Source: Longimicrobiales bacterium
GTDB lineage: Bacteria > Gemmatimonadota > Gemmatimonadetes > Longimicrobiales > Gaopeijiaceae
DNA length: 64,000 bases
Assembly (NCBI GenBank): GCA_963422615.1
Contig: OY730414.1
Span: forward strand, 1,844,302-1,908,301
Direction of reading: 5' to 3'
In this document: in pieces, positions 1 through 9,475 of the stretch
Layout of the letters: every line of letters starts with the position of its first letter
Numbering within the stretch: position 1 is the stretch's first letter
The notes under the pieces: model-generated
The model's input: only the letters and a program-made list of their open reading frames with translations
Told to the model about the DNA's origin: nothing
Databases searched by the model: none
Position numbers and translations under genes: made by a program

Positions 1-343
1 GCAGATCGAAGGCAGGGCAGGTCCGGGAAGCTCCGATGCGGGACTGGATCTCGCACGCTGTGGAAGGCAGCCACTTGTCAGGGGTCGCCGTCGTAACGAT
101 GAGCAGATCGATGTCGGCCGGTTCCAGCCCGGCCTTGACAAGGGCGACCCGGGCCGCGCGTTCCCCCATGTCCACGGCGGTCATGTCCGCGGGCGCGATT
201 CGCCGTTCCAGGATTCCCGTGCGTTCCCGGATCCACGCGTCGTCGGTATCCACCATGCGCTCCAGGTCGGCGTTCGAGAGGACGGGATCGGGGAGGAAAC
301 GGGCTGTGGCCGAAATCCGTGCCAGCGGGGCGCGCGGGGTCAT
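1..343 (-). CDS. fabH: 3-oxoacyl-ACP synthase III (partial, runs off window start)
   Basis: Manual translation from ATG at 343: MTPRAPLARISATARFLPDPVLSNADLERMVDTDDAWIRERTGILERRIA (FabH N-terminal motif); ATGA overlap with plsX stop; absent from the ORF track. Confidence 0.93.
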   Translation of the reverse strand, partial: MTPRAPLARISATARFLPDPVLSNADLERMVDTDDAWIRERTGILERRIAPADMTAVDMGERAARVALVKAGLEPADIDLLIVTTATPDKWLPSTACEIQSRIGASRTCPAFDL

Positions 344-1335
344 GAGCGGGGCTGCATTCTCGACGCGAGGTCCCGGGCGATGTGGGCAACCATGCCGCTG
401 CGAACGGCCCGAGCCGCCACCCCGATGGCGGCGCTGATCGCCCGTGGAGGGGATTTTCCGTGGCAGATGATGCTCACCCCGTTCACTCCCAGAAGGGGCG
501 CCCCGCCGTACTCTGCATAGTCGAAGACGCGGAACACATCTTCAAGGTCCGGGTCCAGGCGATCGGGGTCCATGCGGGAACGGAGGTTGTGCACCAGAAA
601 ACCGGCGACGGACTCGTAGAATTTCAGCAGGATGTTTCCACAGAAGCCGTCGCAGACGAGAACATCACACGCATGGTGGATGATGTCCCGGCCCTCGATG
701 TTGCCGACGAAATCCAAATCGCTCTCCGCGAGAAGTCGATGGGCTTCCTGAACGACTTCGGATCCCTTCACCGCCTCCGCCCCCACATTCAACAGTCCCA
801 CTCGAGGACTCCGGACTCCCTGGAGGTCGTGCATGTAGACCGCGCCCAAGCGAGAAAATTGAAGCAGGTGATGCGGCTTGCAATCGACGTTGGCCCCGGC
901 GTCGACCAATAGCGTGGGCCCCCTGGAGGTGGGCAGCAGGGCCCCGACGGTAGGGCGATCGACCCCGGCGAGGGCACGGAGGACCAGTAGGGAACCGGCC
1001 ATGACGGCCCCCGTCGAGCCTGCGGACACGAAAGCGTCGGCCTCTCCGCGCTTCTGCAAACCCAGACCCACGCTGATGGAGGAACGGGGCCGACGGCGAA
1101 AGGCCGACGCCGGAGCGTCGTTGGAGGTGATCTGGTCCGGGGCGTGGACCACGGTGATCCGGTCCCGGTCAAGGTCCCTCCCGTCGGAACATCTCCCCAG
1201 AGACTTCGCGACAACCGCCTCGTCTCCGACGAGCAGTACCCTCAGGCCGGGATCGGCCTTGACGGCTTCGACGGCTCCAACGACCTCACTGGACGGAGCA
1301 CTGTCCGTTCCCATCGCGTCCAGAGCGATCCGCAT
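340..1335 (-). CDS. plsX: phosphate acyltransferase PlsX
   Basis: MRIALDAMG, DAGANVD, GNIEGRD, DGFCGN, GGAPLLGVNG motifs; rpmF-plsX-fabH order. Confidence 0.97.
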   Translation of the reverse strand: MRIALDAMGTDSAPSSEVVGAVEAVKADPGLRVLLVGDEAVVAKSLGRCSDGRDLDRDRITVVHAPDQITSNDAPASAFRRRPRSSISVGLGLQKRGEADAFVSAGSTGAVMAGSLLVLRALAGVDRPTVGALLPTSRGPTLLVDAGANVDCKPHHLLQFSRLGAVYMHDLQGVRSPRVGLLNVGAEAVKGSEVVQEAHRLLAESDLDFVGNIEGRDIIHHACDVLVCDGFCGNILLKFYESVAGFLVHNLRSRMDPDRLDPDLEDVFRVFDYAEYGGAPLLGVNGVSIICHGKSPPRAISAAIGVAARAVRSGMVAHIARDLASRMQPRS

Positions 1336-1359
1336 CGGGATGACTTCAGGAACGGTAGG

Positions 1360-1542
1360 TTACGCTTGTTCCACGTCGTAGATCCGTCTGCCGCGGTATA
1401 TGCCCGATGTAGGGCAGACGCGGTGACGCCGCTTTGGATCGCCGGTCTTTGAGCACGTCCCCAGGGTCACTTTCTTTGCCTTGTAGTGGGTGCGACGCTT
1501 GCGCTTCCGCTGCTTGGATACCCGTTTCTTCGGGACGGCCAT
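1360..1542 (-). CDS. rpmF: 50S ribosomal protein bL32
   Basis: MAVPKKRVSKQRKRKRRTH...HRVC...G.YRG; 60 aa; context. Confidence 0.97.
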   Translation of the reverse strand: MAVPKKRVSKQRKRKRRTHYKAKKVTLGTCSKTGDPKRRHRVCPTSGIYRGRRIYDVEQA

Positions 1543-1555
1543 TGTACGTGTTTTC

Positions 1556-2068
1556 CTAGTCGGTTTGAATGGCTCTCAGCGCCGACCACCTGGGGTCGAC
1601 ATCGCTTCCCGGCCCGCTTCCTACATGCTCAAAACGATCCGCCGGGAGACCGCAATGCGTGCAGCAACCTTCTTCTTGGTCGGGAAGGAAGTATCGCGGT
1701 ACCTCCAGTACGACTTCTTCCCGCACTGCCTCTTCCACGTCCACCGTGGTCGACCATTGACCGAAGACCCGCACGTCCGGATCCCCCTTATCCTCGCCCC
1801 CGTCCAGAACGTAGACCAGGGAGAAGGACCTCCGAATAGGGAGACGGACTTCTTCCAGGCAGCGGTCGCAATCACGCAAAACCGGGGCGTGCCAAGAACC
1901 CCGAACCACGAAGCCTCCTTCTGCGGTCATGGCCGCCGAACCCACGACCTCCACCGCACTCGAAAACTTCAGATCGCAGCCTGCCCAGAGATCCGCGTCG
2001 GGGGGGATCGCCCCCCTCAGCCCGATCCTCCGGCTCTGCCTCAGGCGAAGTAGATCAACCTTCAACAT
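1556..2068 (-). CDS. DUF177/YceD family protein
   Basis: CDRCLE motif, C-terminal DPRWSALR, directly upstream of rpmF; start moved to ATG 2068. Confidence 0.9.
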   Translation of the reverse strand: MLKVDLLRLRQSRRIGLRGAIPPDADLWAGCDLKFSSAVEVVGSAAMTAEGGFVVRGSWHAPVLRDCDRCLEEVRLPIRRSFSLVYVLDGGEDKGDPDVRVFGQWSTTVDVEEAVREEVVLEVPRYFLPDQEEGCCTHCGLPADRFEHVGSGPGSDVDPRWSALRAIQTD

Positions 2069-2074
2069 AGCGAA

Positions 2075-2104
2075 AGAATACGGAAAAGGCGGGAAGCATG
2101 TCAA
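2075..2104 (-). promoter_or_regulatory. sigma70-type promoter of DUF177-rpmF-plsX-fabH
   Basis: TTGACA-N18-TATTCT, ending 6 nt before the ATG at 2068. Confidence 0.7.
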
Positions 2105-2150
2105 CAAACGGAAAGTATTCAGGGAAACCGGAGCGGGTTAGCCACGTTCG

Positions 2151-2588
2151 CTACCCCGGGGGCCGGGATCTTCGATCCGGAAACGGGAAATCGGAAAAGA
2201 AGAAATCGATCTCACTTCTGGCGTTCTCGTCCGAATCGGACCCATGGATGGCGTTCCGTTCTTTCGATTCGGCGTAAAGTCGACGCACGGTTCCGGCGGC
2301 GGCCTCCTCCGGGTCCGTGGCTCCGATTTCCTGGCGAAGACGGCGAACCGCTTCCGGCGCTTCCAGCGCCATGGGAATGCAAGGTCCCGAAGTCATGAAC
2401 GCAACCAGGGAAGGAAAGAAGGGACGCGCCTTGTGGACTTCGTAGAAGGAGCGAGCTTCGGCCGCGGTCATCGTCACCATGCGCATGGCCGCAATCGAGA
2501 AGCCGGCAGACTCCAGGTGGGCGATGATTTTCCCGGCCTTGCCGCTCCCGGCAGCGTCGGGCTTGATGATGGCCAAGGTGTAGTTCAC
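2151..2588 (-). CDS. ndk: nucleoside diphosphate kinase
   Basis: TLAIIKPDA, FYEVH..RPFF, FMTSGP, NAIHGSDS; probable GTG start at 2588. Confidence 0.96.
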   Translation of the reverse strand: MNYTLAIIKPDAAGSGKAGKIIAHLESAGFSIAAMRMVTMTAAEARSFYEVHKARPFFPSLVAFMTSGPCIPMALEAPEAVRRLRQEIGATDPEEAAAGTVRRLYAESKERNAIHGSDSDENARSEIDFFFSDFPFPDRRSRPPG

Positions 2589-2685
2589 GACTCGGGATGA
2601 TGGCAAATGGGAAGTTGACGGATCGCATACACAAAGGGACCGTATACACAAGCGGAGCGACGAGCGCCGGTCAACTCAGACGATG

Positions 2686-3531
2686 TCACTTCGTGGACAC
2701 GATCGCCCCGACGAAGGCCCGCAATACGGTGGCCCGTTCCAAGAAGCCGATCAGCTCTCCTTCTCTGACGACGGGCAGCTGCGCCATTCCTCGGGCGATC
2801 ATGGACCGGCTGGCTTCGAGGAGGCCTTCCTCCGGGGACGCGCACATTACGGAACGAGCCATTACCTCACGAGCGGCGAGGCGACGGAGGGTGAAGGGCT
2901 CAGCGCCTTTGGCGTCGGGCAGGACGTGGGGGAGGACATCGTCGGCTGTGACCACGCCCAGCACTTCAAGATTCTTGCCCACAACAGGAACGGAGGAGAG
3001 TCCCCGCCGGATCATGAGGTGCTGGATTTCGGTGATGGGCGTGCCGGGATAGATGCGGTAGGAAAGAAGGGTCAGCGCGTCCCCCACCGTCACCCGAGTC
3101 TTGACGGCGCTCTCGGCAAAATCCCTGGACGAGAGCAGCTTCTCCGCCTCGTCGGGCCCGGCGCCTTCCCGGAGACTGGTTGACCAACGCCGTAGGACGG
3201 GACCCAGAAACAGGTTCACGGACGGAACCGGTAGCCCCCACGCGATCCAGGTGAAGGGCCCCGACACCTGTGCTTCTCCGTCTCCACTCGGCAAGCCCAA
3301 GACCAACCCAGGACCCGGCTCCCCCTCTTCGCTCCCCAGATCCAAAAGGCGGGCATGCGCTGTGAGGGAAAGGTCCCGGGGCGCCGAATCGGGTCCCGTC
3401 ATCCGCTGAACCGCCCGGCAAAGGGGATGCCCGGATTCCAACTTCTCCACCGCCCCGAACAGGCAACTCCGAACACTTCCGGCCACCCCGGTTACCATCC
3501 GGGGTTCGACCAAGAGTTGAGCGAGCTTCAT
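2686..3531 (-). CDS. CBS-pair domain protein with divergent N-terminal domain
   Basis: Two C-terminal CBS repeats (SSVPVV...LGVVTADDVL; LPVVREGELIGFLER); N-terminus not confidently assigned. Confidence 0.75.
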   Translation of the reverse strand: MKLAQLLVEPRMVTGVAGSVRSCLFGAVEKLESGHPLCRAVQRMTGPDSAPRDLSLTAHARLLDLGSEEGEPGPGLVLGLPSGDGEAQVSGPFTWIAWGLPVPSVNLFLGPVLRRWSTSLREGAGPDEAEKLLSSRDFAESAVKTRVTVGDALTLLSYRIYPGTPITEIQHLMIRRGLSSVPVVGKNLEVLGVVTADDVLPHVLPDAKGAEPFTLRRLAAREVMARSVMCASPEEGLLEASRSMIARGMAQLPVVREGELIGFLERATVLRAFVGAIVSTK

Positions 3532-3549
3532 CGTACCCGCCGAGCGGGA

Positions 3550-4446
3550 TCAGGACGTACCCTCTTGGCCCAGGGCCTCTCTGACGAGCACGGCGATGTC
3601 CGCAGGACGCTTCGCGACCCTGATTCCATTGTCTTCGAATGCCTTCGTCTTTTCCGCTGCGGTACCAGATGACCCGCTGATGATAGCGCCGGCGTGACCC
3701 ATGCGCGTCCCAGGCGGTGCCGTTCGGCCTGCGATAAACCCGACCACCGGGATGCGCAAGTGCTCACGAACCCACTCGGCAGCCTCTTGCTCGGCGGTTC
3801 CACCGATCTCCCCGATCATTACAACCGCCTCGGTATCGCCGTCGGCGGCAAAAGCCGCGAGACAGTCCACGAAACTGGTTCCCACCAGAGGGTCGCCGCC
3901 GATTCCCACGCAGGTCGTCTGCCCCAGGCCGCTGTGGGTGAGGTGGTATACCGCCTCGTAGGTCAGGGTCCCCGACCTAGAGATCAGGCCCACCGGGCCG
4001 GGCGTCACGATCCGCCCCGGGATGATCCCCAGCTTGGCCTTGCCGGGAGAGATGATCCCCGGGCAGTTGGGGCCCAGAATCCGGCTTCCCCGGTCCCGGG
4101 CCAAGGCGTGAGCCCGAGTCATGTCCAGAACCGGGATCCCTTCCGTGACACACACGACAAAGGCGATGCCCGCATCCGCGGCTTCCATAATCGCATCTGC
4201 CGCGAAACGGGGCGGAACGTAGATGACCGATGCGTTGGCGCCCGTCTCTGCCACCGCGTCGAACACGGTATCGAAGACGGGTACCGAGCGGCCGGGTCCC
4301 TGGAAGCTTCGGCCCCCCTTCCCCGGGGTGACCCCACCGACGATGTCCGTTCCATACGCCATCATCTGACGGGTGTGGAAGGAACCGTCCCGTCCCGTGA
4401 TCCCCTGGACGATCACCCGGCTATTCCGGTCAACGTAGATCGACAT
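3550..4446 (-). CDS. sucD: succinyl-CoA ligase alpha subunit
   Basis: [36 protein letters not shown]. Confidence 0.98.
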   Translation of the reverse strand: MSIYVDRNSRVIVQGITGRDGSFHTRQMMAYGTDIVGGVTPGKGGRSFQGPGRSVPVFDTVFDAVAETGANASVIYVPPRFAADAIMEAADAGIAFVVCVTEGIPVLDMTRAHALARDRGSRILGPNCPGIISPGKAKLGIIPGRIVTPGPVGLISRSGTLTYEAVYHLTHSGLGQTTCVGIGGDPLVGTSFVDCLAAFAADGDTEAVVMIGEIGGTAEQEAAEWVREHLRIPVVGFIAGRTAPPGTRMGHAGAIISGSSGTAAEKTKAFEDNGIRVAKRPADIAVLVREALGQEGTS

Positions 4447-4527
4447 TTTTCTCCTGCCGGCGTCTGGGTGCCCCTTGCGCGTGTCCCCTCCGTGGGCGTC
4501 TCCGATGGCCCGCCACCAACGGGGAAG

Positions 4528-5658
4528 TCACGCGGACATCTGTACCGCGCTCCGGACCGCTTCGTCCATGGAGACCGCCGCGGCAAAGCCCGCCTGATTC
4601 AAGATGTCTCGGGCGAGCGCTTCGTTGGTCCCCGTAAGGCGAATCACCAAGGGGGTCCGGATATCGAGCTTCCCCACCGCCTCCGTGATTCCCCTGGCGA
4701 CATCGTCACAGCGGGTGATCCCCCCGAAGATATTGAACAGGATCACGTTTACGCCGGGGTCCGAAGTGATGATCTCCAGGGCCGCCACGACCTTGTCCGG
4801 GTTGGACGAACCTCCGATGTCAAGGAAGTTGGCGGGCTCTCCGCCGTAGTACTTGACGAGGTCCATCGTCGCCATCGCCAGCCCAGCCCCGTTGACACAA
4901 CAGCCGACATTTCCGCCCAGCTTCACGAAGCTCAGGCCCGCTTCCCGGGCGTGGACATCGGCCCAGGCTTCCGCGTCGGGGTCCCGAAGGGCCTCAATGT
5001 CCGGCCTCCGGAACAGCTCGTTGTCGTCAATACTCATCTTGGCATCGATCGCCTTGATTTCCCCTTCGTCCGTGGAAATGAGGGGATTGATTTCTGCCAT
5101 GGACGCGCCATTTCCGACGAACGCGTCGTACAGCTTGGAGATTAGCCGGGCGGCCTGCCGGACCCGGGCCGGATGGCGGTAGAGCTTACCGGCAAGACCG
5201 TATACCTGGTGGGCAAGGAGGCCATAACGGGGGTCCACGCCGACCCTGTGGATCGCTTCGGGATTCGTGGCCGCCACTTCCTCGATATCCACCCCGCCCT
5301 TGGCGGAAACCATGAAGACGGGGCACTGCGCTTTCCGGTCCACGAGCACCCCGACATACGCCTCCGACGCGATTTTCTCGGCGGGGGAAACCAGGACCTT
5401 CCGGACGGTAAGGCCTTTGATCTTCATCCCCAGAATCGCAGACGCGTGTCGGGCTGCTTCTTCCGCGTTCTCCGCCAGCTTGACCCCACCGGCCTTCCCT
5501 CGGCCTCCTGAATGGACTTGAGCCTTTACGACGACGTGTCCTCCATACTTCTCGGCCAGATCGCGGACGCTTTCGGAATCGGCAGCGACTTGGCCGGGGT
5601 TGACGGGCACTCCCGCGGCGCGAAAGAGCTCCTTGGCTTGGTGTTCGTGCAGGTCCAT
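4528..5658 (-). CDS. sucC: succinyl-CoA ligase beta subunit
   Basis: LHEHQAKELF, GGRGKAGGVK, NGAGLAMATMD, NIFGGITRCD. Confidence 0.98.
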   Translation of the reverse strand: MDLHEHQAKELFRAAGVPVNPGQVAADSESVRDLAEKYGGHVVVKAQVHSGGRGKAGGVKLAENAEEAARHASAILGMKIKGLTVRKVLVSPAEKIASEAYVGVLVDRKAQCPVFMVSAKGGVDIEEVAATNPEAIHRVGVDPRYGLLAHQVYGLAGKLYRHPARVRQAARLISKLYDAFVGNGASMAEINPLISTDEGEIKAIDAKMSIDDNELFRRPDIEALRDPDAEAWADVHAREAGLSFVKLGGNVGCCVNGAGLAMATMDLVKYYGGEPANFLDIGGSSNPDKVVAALEIITSDPGVNVILFNIFGGITRCDDVARGITEAVGKLDIRTPLVIRLTGTNEALARDILNQAGFAAAVSMDEAVRSAVQMSA

Positions 5659-5747
5659 GGGGAGAAGGTCAGGAGAAAGAGAAGAATCGAACGATCAAGG
5701 TAGGCTTCGATAAGATGGCAACCGAGGGATTCGGCGCAACTCCGCAA

Positions 5748-5904
5748 GGACGACCCGGCGGGGAACCGATTCATGTCCGAGTCCTCAAGGGGCCATATTA
5801 CGAGTCCGCCCGGCGAAGCCGTATGTTGAGTCCGGGTGGCGCGTGAGGCCCAAAGGTAAGGGTCTCCGACACCATATTTCGGAGCGACCCAGCAACCAGG
5901 CCCC
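5748..5904. ncRNA. candidate structured RNA (long irregular hairpin), family unassigned
   Basis: Six nested complementary segments across the sucC/iscS divergent gap; see findings. Confidence 0.35.
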
Positions 5905-5916
5905 GGAAAACACTCC

Positions 5917-7080
5917 ATGTCACGAACCCGATGGCCGCTCTACCTGGACCACGCTGCCACCACGCCCCTACGCCCCGAAGTCCTCCAAGTCATGATGGCG
6001 TGCCAAGAGGAAGACTGGGGCAATCCTTCAAGCAGCCACGCGTGGGGACGGCGGGCCCGGCAACGCCTGGACGAAGCCAGGGCTTCGGTGGCAGAGTCTC
6101 TGGGAGCCCCGTCGGCTCGGGTGTTCTTTACTCGGGGGGGCACCGAATCCGACAACTTGGCCGTCCTGGGCCGAACGAGGAGCCGACGGGGCCAAGATCC
6201 CGGGTCTCCCGTTGTGGTCACCTCCGCCGTTGAGCACCCGGCGGTCTTTGCGGCGGCGCTCCGGGCGGTCAGGGAAGGAGCACGCCATATCATCACGGGT
6301 TTCGACGCCGGAGAATTCGACTTCGACGCCTTTCGGAGGGCGGTACGGAAGGACCCCGCGGTCGCGTCGTACATGTGGGTGAACAACGAGACCGGCCTCC
6401 GGCTCCCTCTTGAAGAAATTGCGGCCGAATGCCGGCATCTGGGGGTCCCGCTCCACAGCGACGCGGTTCAGGCCGTCGGCAAGATTCCCCTGTCGCTGGA
6501 GGCAACTCCTGTGAACCTCCTCACGGTTACGGGCCATAAGATGTACGGCCCCAAGGGAACGGGTGCCCTCATCCAGACGGACTCGGTGGAACTCCTCCCT
6601 CTCCACTTCGGGGGGGATCAGGAAGGAGGATTGCGGCCGGGAACGGAGGATGTCGCCGGCGCGGTCGGGCTGGCAGAGGCGGTCCGCTTGGCGGTTGCCG
6701 AACAGCCCGAAGAGTCGGCCCGGCTCCAGGCCCTGAGGGTGGAGGTGGAATCACGGCTCTTGGAACAGATTCCCGATCTTCGGATCTATGGAAGGGAGTC
6801 CTCCCGGGCTCCTCACATCCTGTCGCTGGGGATTCCCGGGGTCGACCCGGACACGCTCTTGGCGGCGCTGGACGCGTCCGGAATCGCCGCTTCCGGCGGT
6901 TCAGCCTGTGCCAGCGGATCGACGGTACGGAGCCGGACCCTTGCAGCCCTGTACCCAAACGATGATGCGGCGTCCCTCCGCTTGAGCTTCGGACGACTCA
7001 CGGAGGAGCGGCACATCGATTCCATTGTCCAGGGTGTGGCGACGGCCATCTCCCGCACCCGGGAACTCTTGCCTTCATGA
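5917..7080 (+). CDS. iscS: cysteine desulfurase (IscS/NifS group I)
   Basis: YLDHAATTP, GGTESDN, HSDAVQ, GHKMYGPKG, SGGSACASG; coupled to mnmA. Confidence 0.93.
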   Translation: MSRTRWPLYLDHAATTPLRPEVLQVMMACQEEDWGNPSSSHAWGRRARQRLDEARASVAESLGAPSARVFFTRGGTESDNLAVLGRTRSRRGQDPGSPVVVTSAVEHPAVFAAALRAVREGARHIITGFDAGEFDFDAFRRAVRKDPAVASYMWVNNETGLRLPLEEIAAECRHLGVPLHSDAVQAVGKIPLSLEATPVNLLTVTGHKMYGPKGTGALIQTDSVELLPLHFGGDQEGGLRPGTEDVAGAVGLAEAVRLAVAEQPEESARLQALRVEVESRLLEQIPDLRIYGRESSRAPHILSLGIPGVDPDTLLAALDASGIAASGGSACASGSTVRSRTLAALYPNDDAASLRLSFGRLTEERHIDSIVQGVATAISRTRELLPS

Positions 7081-8270
7081 CCCTAAGCATCGGGCGGCGC
7101 CGGATCCTGGTGGCCATGTCCGGCGGCGTAGATTCCTCCGTCGCGGCATCCATGCTTGTAGAAGCAGGGCACGATGTCATTGGTGCCACCATGAAGACGT
7201 TCTGTTACAGCGGCCCCCTGACCCAGGCGAAGACGTGCTGCGGCCTGGACGGCATCCGGGATGCCCGGACGGTGGCGAACAGGCTGGGAATCCCCCACTA
7301 CGTCTTTGACGTTGAAGAGGAATTCACCCGGGACGTAATCGACGACTTCGTCGAAGAGTATGCTCGGGGAAGAACCCCAAACCCCTGCGTCCGCTGCAAT
7401 TCCAACACCAAGTTTCTGGACCTCTTCCGGCGGGGTCGCGTGCTCGGTTGCGACGGGGTGGCGTCGGGCCACTACGCCCGCCTGGAGAGATCCGGCGCCC
7501 GAAGCCGACTGCTTCGAGGTGCAGACCGGGCCAAGGACCAGTCCTACTTCCTGTGGGGCCTTCCCGTCGGCTTTCTGGAAAGGCTCCACTTCCCCCTGGG
7601 GAACCTGACCAAGCGGGAAGTTCGGGAACGGGCCCGCTCTCTCGGCCTCATCACGGCTGACAAACCGGAGTCCCAAGAAATTTGCTTCGTACCGACAGGG
7701 AACTATCGGGACCTGCTGAGACGGCGGCTCCTTCCCACCCATGCGGCCCTGGCCCCCGGGACCATCGTCGATACCAGGGGCCGGGTCGTCGGTCGGCATG
7801 ACGGCTATTCTGGATTCACCGTGGGTCAGCGGAAGGGAATCGGAGGCGGGCGGCCGGAACCGTGGTATGTGCTGGAAATCCGGCCGGAGACCCGGCAGGT
7901 GGTCGTCGGTCCAAAACGCCTCTTGTACATAAAACGAGCAACCGTCGGAGACTTGAACTGGCTCGCCCCAACGCCGAAGCCGGGAACCCACCTCCACGTA
8001 CAGATTCGCTACCGGTCCCCTGCCCTGTCGTGCCGCGTGGAAGCCTGCACGGAAGAGAGGCTGGAACTCTCGTTCCAGGAGTCGGCGGGGGCCGTCACGC
8101 CGGGGCAGTCAAGCGTGCTGTTCGACGGCAATCGGGTCCTGGGAGGAGGCAGGATCCACGCCGTACCGAACGCCAGCCGTCGAGCCGAATCCGAGTTTCT
8201 CCCCGGCAGGACGCAGCGGAAGCGACCGAGAGGGACAACCGCACCTCCGGTCGGCAACCCAGGGGGCTGA
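7077..8270 (+). CDS. mnmA: tRNA 2-thiouridylase MnmA
   Basis: AMSGGVDSS, TPNPCVRCN, GHYA, KDQSYFL, ESQEICF, TPGQ. Confidence 0.97.
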   Translation: MTLSIGRRRILVAMSGGVDSSVAASMLVEAGHDVIGATMKTFCYSGPLTQAKTCCGLDGIRDARTVANRLGIPHYVFDVEEEFTRDVIDDFVEEYARGRTPNPCVRCNSNTKFLDLFRRGRVLGCDGVASGHYARLERSGARSRLLRGADRAKDQSYFLWGLPVGFLERLHFPLGNLTKREVRERARSLGLITADKPESQEICFVPTGNYRDLLRRRLLPTHAALAPGTIVDTRGRVVGRHDGYSGFTVGQRKGIGGGRPEPWYVLEIRPETRQVVVGPKRLLYIKRATVGDLNWLAPTPKPGTHLHVQIRYRSPALSCRVEACTEERLELSFQESAGAVTPGQSSVLFDGNRVLGGGRIHAVPNASRRAESEFLPGRTQRKRPRGTTAPPVGNPGG

Positions 8271-8343
8271 ACGGAGCGACCGGGAACCCTACTCCGGGTC
8301 TCTCAGGGGACCGAGCGGGTGCGGGTCCAAACGTTTCCGTCCC

Positions 8344-9462
8344 CTACCATTTCATCCCCGCGGAGTTGGCAAGATCCCGGATCTGACCTTCCTGCTCCCG
8401 GGTCAGGGATTCGGGGATCTCCACCTTGACCTCGACGAACTGGTCCCCCATCCGACCTTCCCCATGAATCCCCTGTCCCCTGATCCTGAACCGAGTCCCC
8501 GGTTGGGTGCCCGGGGGAATGCGGAGGACCACCTTTTTCCCCGAGATCGTACCGACCCGAACCTTCGAACCCAGCGTGGCCTGGGCCAGATTCACGGGGA
8601 CCGTCACGAGTATGTCCTTCCCTTCCCTGCGGAAGAACCGGTGCGGCTTCACCTTGAAGGTGATCACCAAGTCCCCGGGCGCACCCCCCTTCTCGCCTCG
8701 CTCCCCCTGCCCGGTCAGCCGCACTCTGGAGCCGGTTCCAACACCGACCGGAACGGACACCTGAATCTTGCGGCTCTGGTGGACTTTCCCGGAGCCCTGG
8801 CACGCGTCGCAAGCCTTGTCGGCCTTCCGACCGCGGCCCATGCAGGCGGGACACGGCCGTTTCACGGCGAACCCGCCCTGCCCGAAGGAGACACTGCCGG
8901 CTCCCTTGCATTCCGCGCACATCTTCCACGCCGCCCCGCGGGCTGCCCCCGACCCCCTGCAGACCACGCACTCCTCGGTGATGGGAACGGAAATCGGAAT
9001 CTTGCCGCCTCTGACCGCGGTCAGGAACGGGACCTCAACGCTGTATTCGACGTTTCGTCCCTTGCTGGGCCCCGTCCTGGTATTGGTGGGGGCTTCACTC
9101 TTCCCCCGTTCAAAGATGGACGAGAAGAGGTCGGAGAATCCCCCCAGCCCTCCCAAATCTTCGAAGGAAAAGCTGGTTGACCCCGATGACGCCCCCGGCG
9201 ATCGGGGGCTGCCCTGGCCACCTCCGAAGCCGAAGGCACCCAGCTTCCGCATCTGGTCGTACTTCTTTCGCTTCTTCGGATCCGAGAGGACCGCGTTGGC
9301 TTCCCCGATTTCCTTGAAGCGTTCGGACGCCTTCGAATCCTTGGGATTGGCGTCGGGATGATACCGTTTCGCCAACTTCCGGTAAGCCTTCTTGATCGTC
9401 TCATCGTCGGCTTTTTCGCCAACTCCGAGGATCTCATAATAGTCCTTGTCGGTGGTCGTCAT
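8344..9462 (-). CDS. dnaJ: chaperone DnaJ
   Basis: J domain with HPD, G/F-rich region, four CxxCxGxG repeats. Confidence 0.97.
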   Translation of the reverse strand: MTTTDKDYYEILGVGEKADDETIKKAYRKLAKRYHPDANPKDSKASERFKEIGEANAVLSDPKKRKKYDQMRKLGAFGFGGGQGSPRSPGASSGSTSFSFEDLGGLGGFSDLFSSIFERGKSEAPTNTRTGPSKGRNVEYSVEVPFLTAVRGGKIPISVPITEECVVCRGSGAARGAAWKMCAECKGAGSVSFGQGGFAVKRPCPACMGRGRKADKACDACQGSGKVHQSRKIQVSVPVGVGTGSRVRLTGQGERGEKGGAPGDLVITFKVKPHRFFRREGKDILVTVPVNLAQATLGSKVRVGTISGKKVVLRIPPGTQPGTRFRIRGQGIHGEGRMGDQFVEVKVEIPESLTREQEGQIRDLANSAGMKW

Positions 9463-9475
9463 GGACTTCAGTTCG

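Noticed and set aside
3694..5145. 483-aa plus-strand ORF
   Set aside because: Antisense to sucD/sucC; no protein-like motifs
5526..5918. 130-aa minus-strand ORF across the sucC/iscS gap
   Set aside because: Overlaps sucC out of frame, atypical composition
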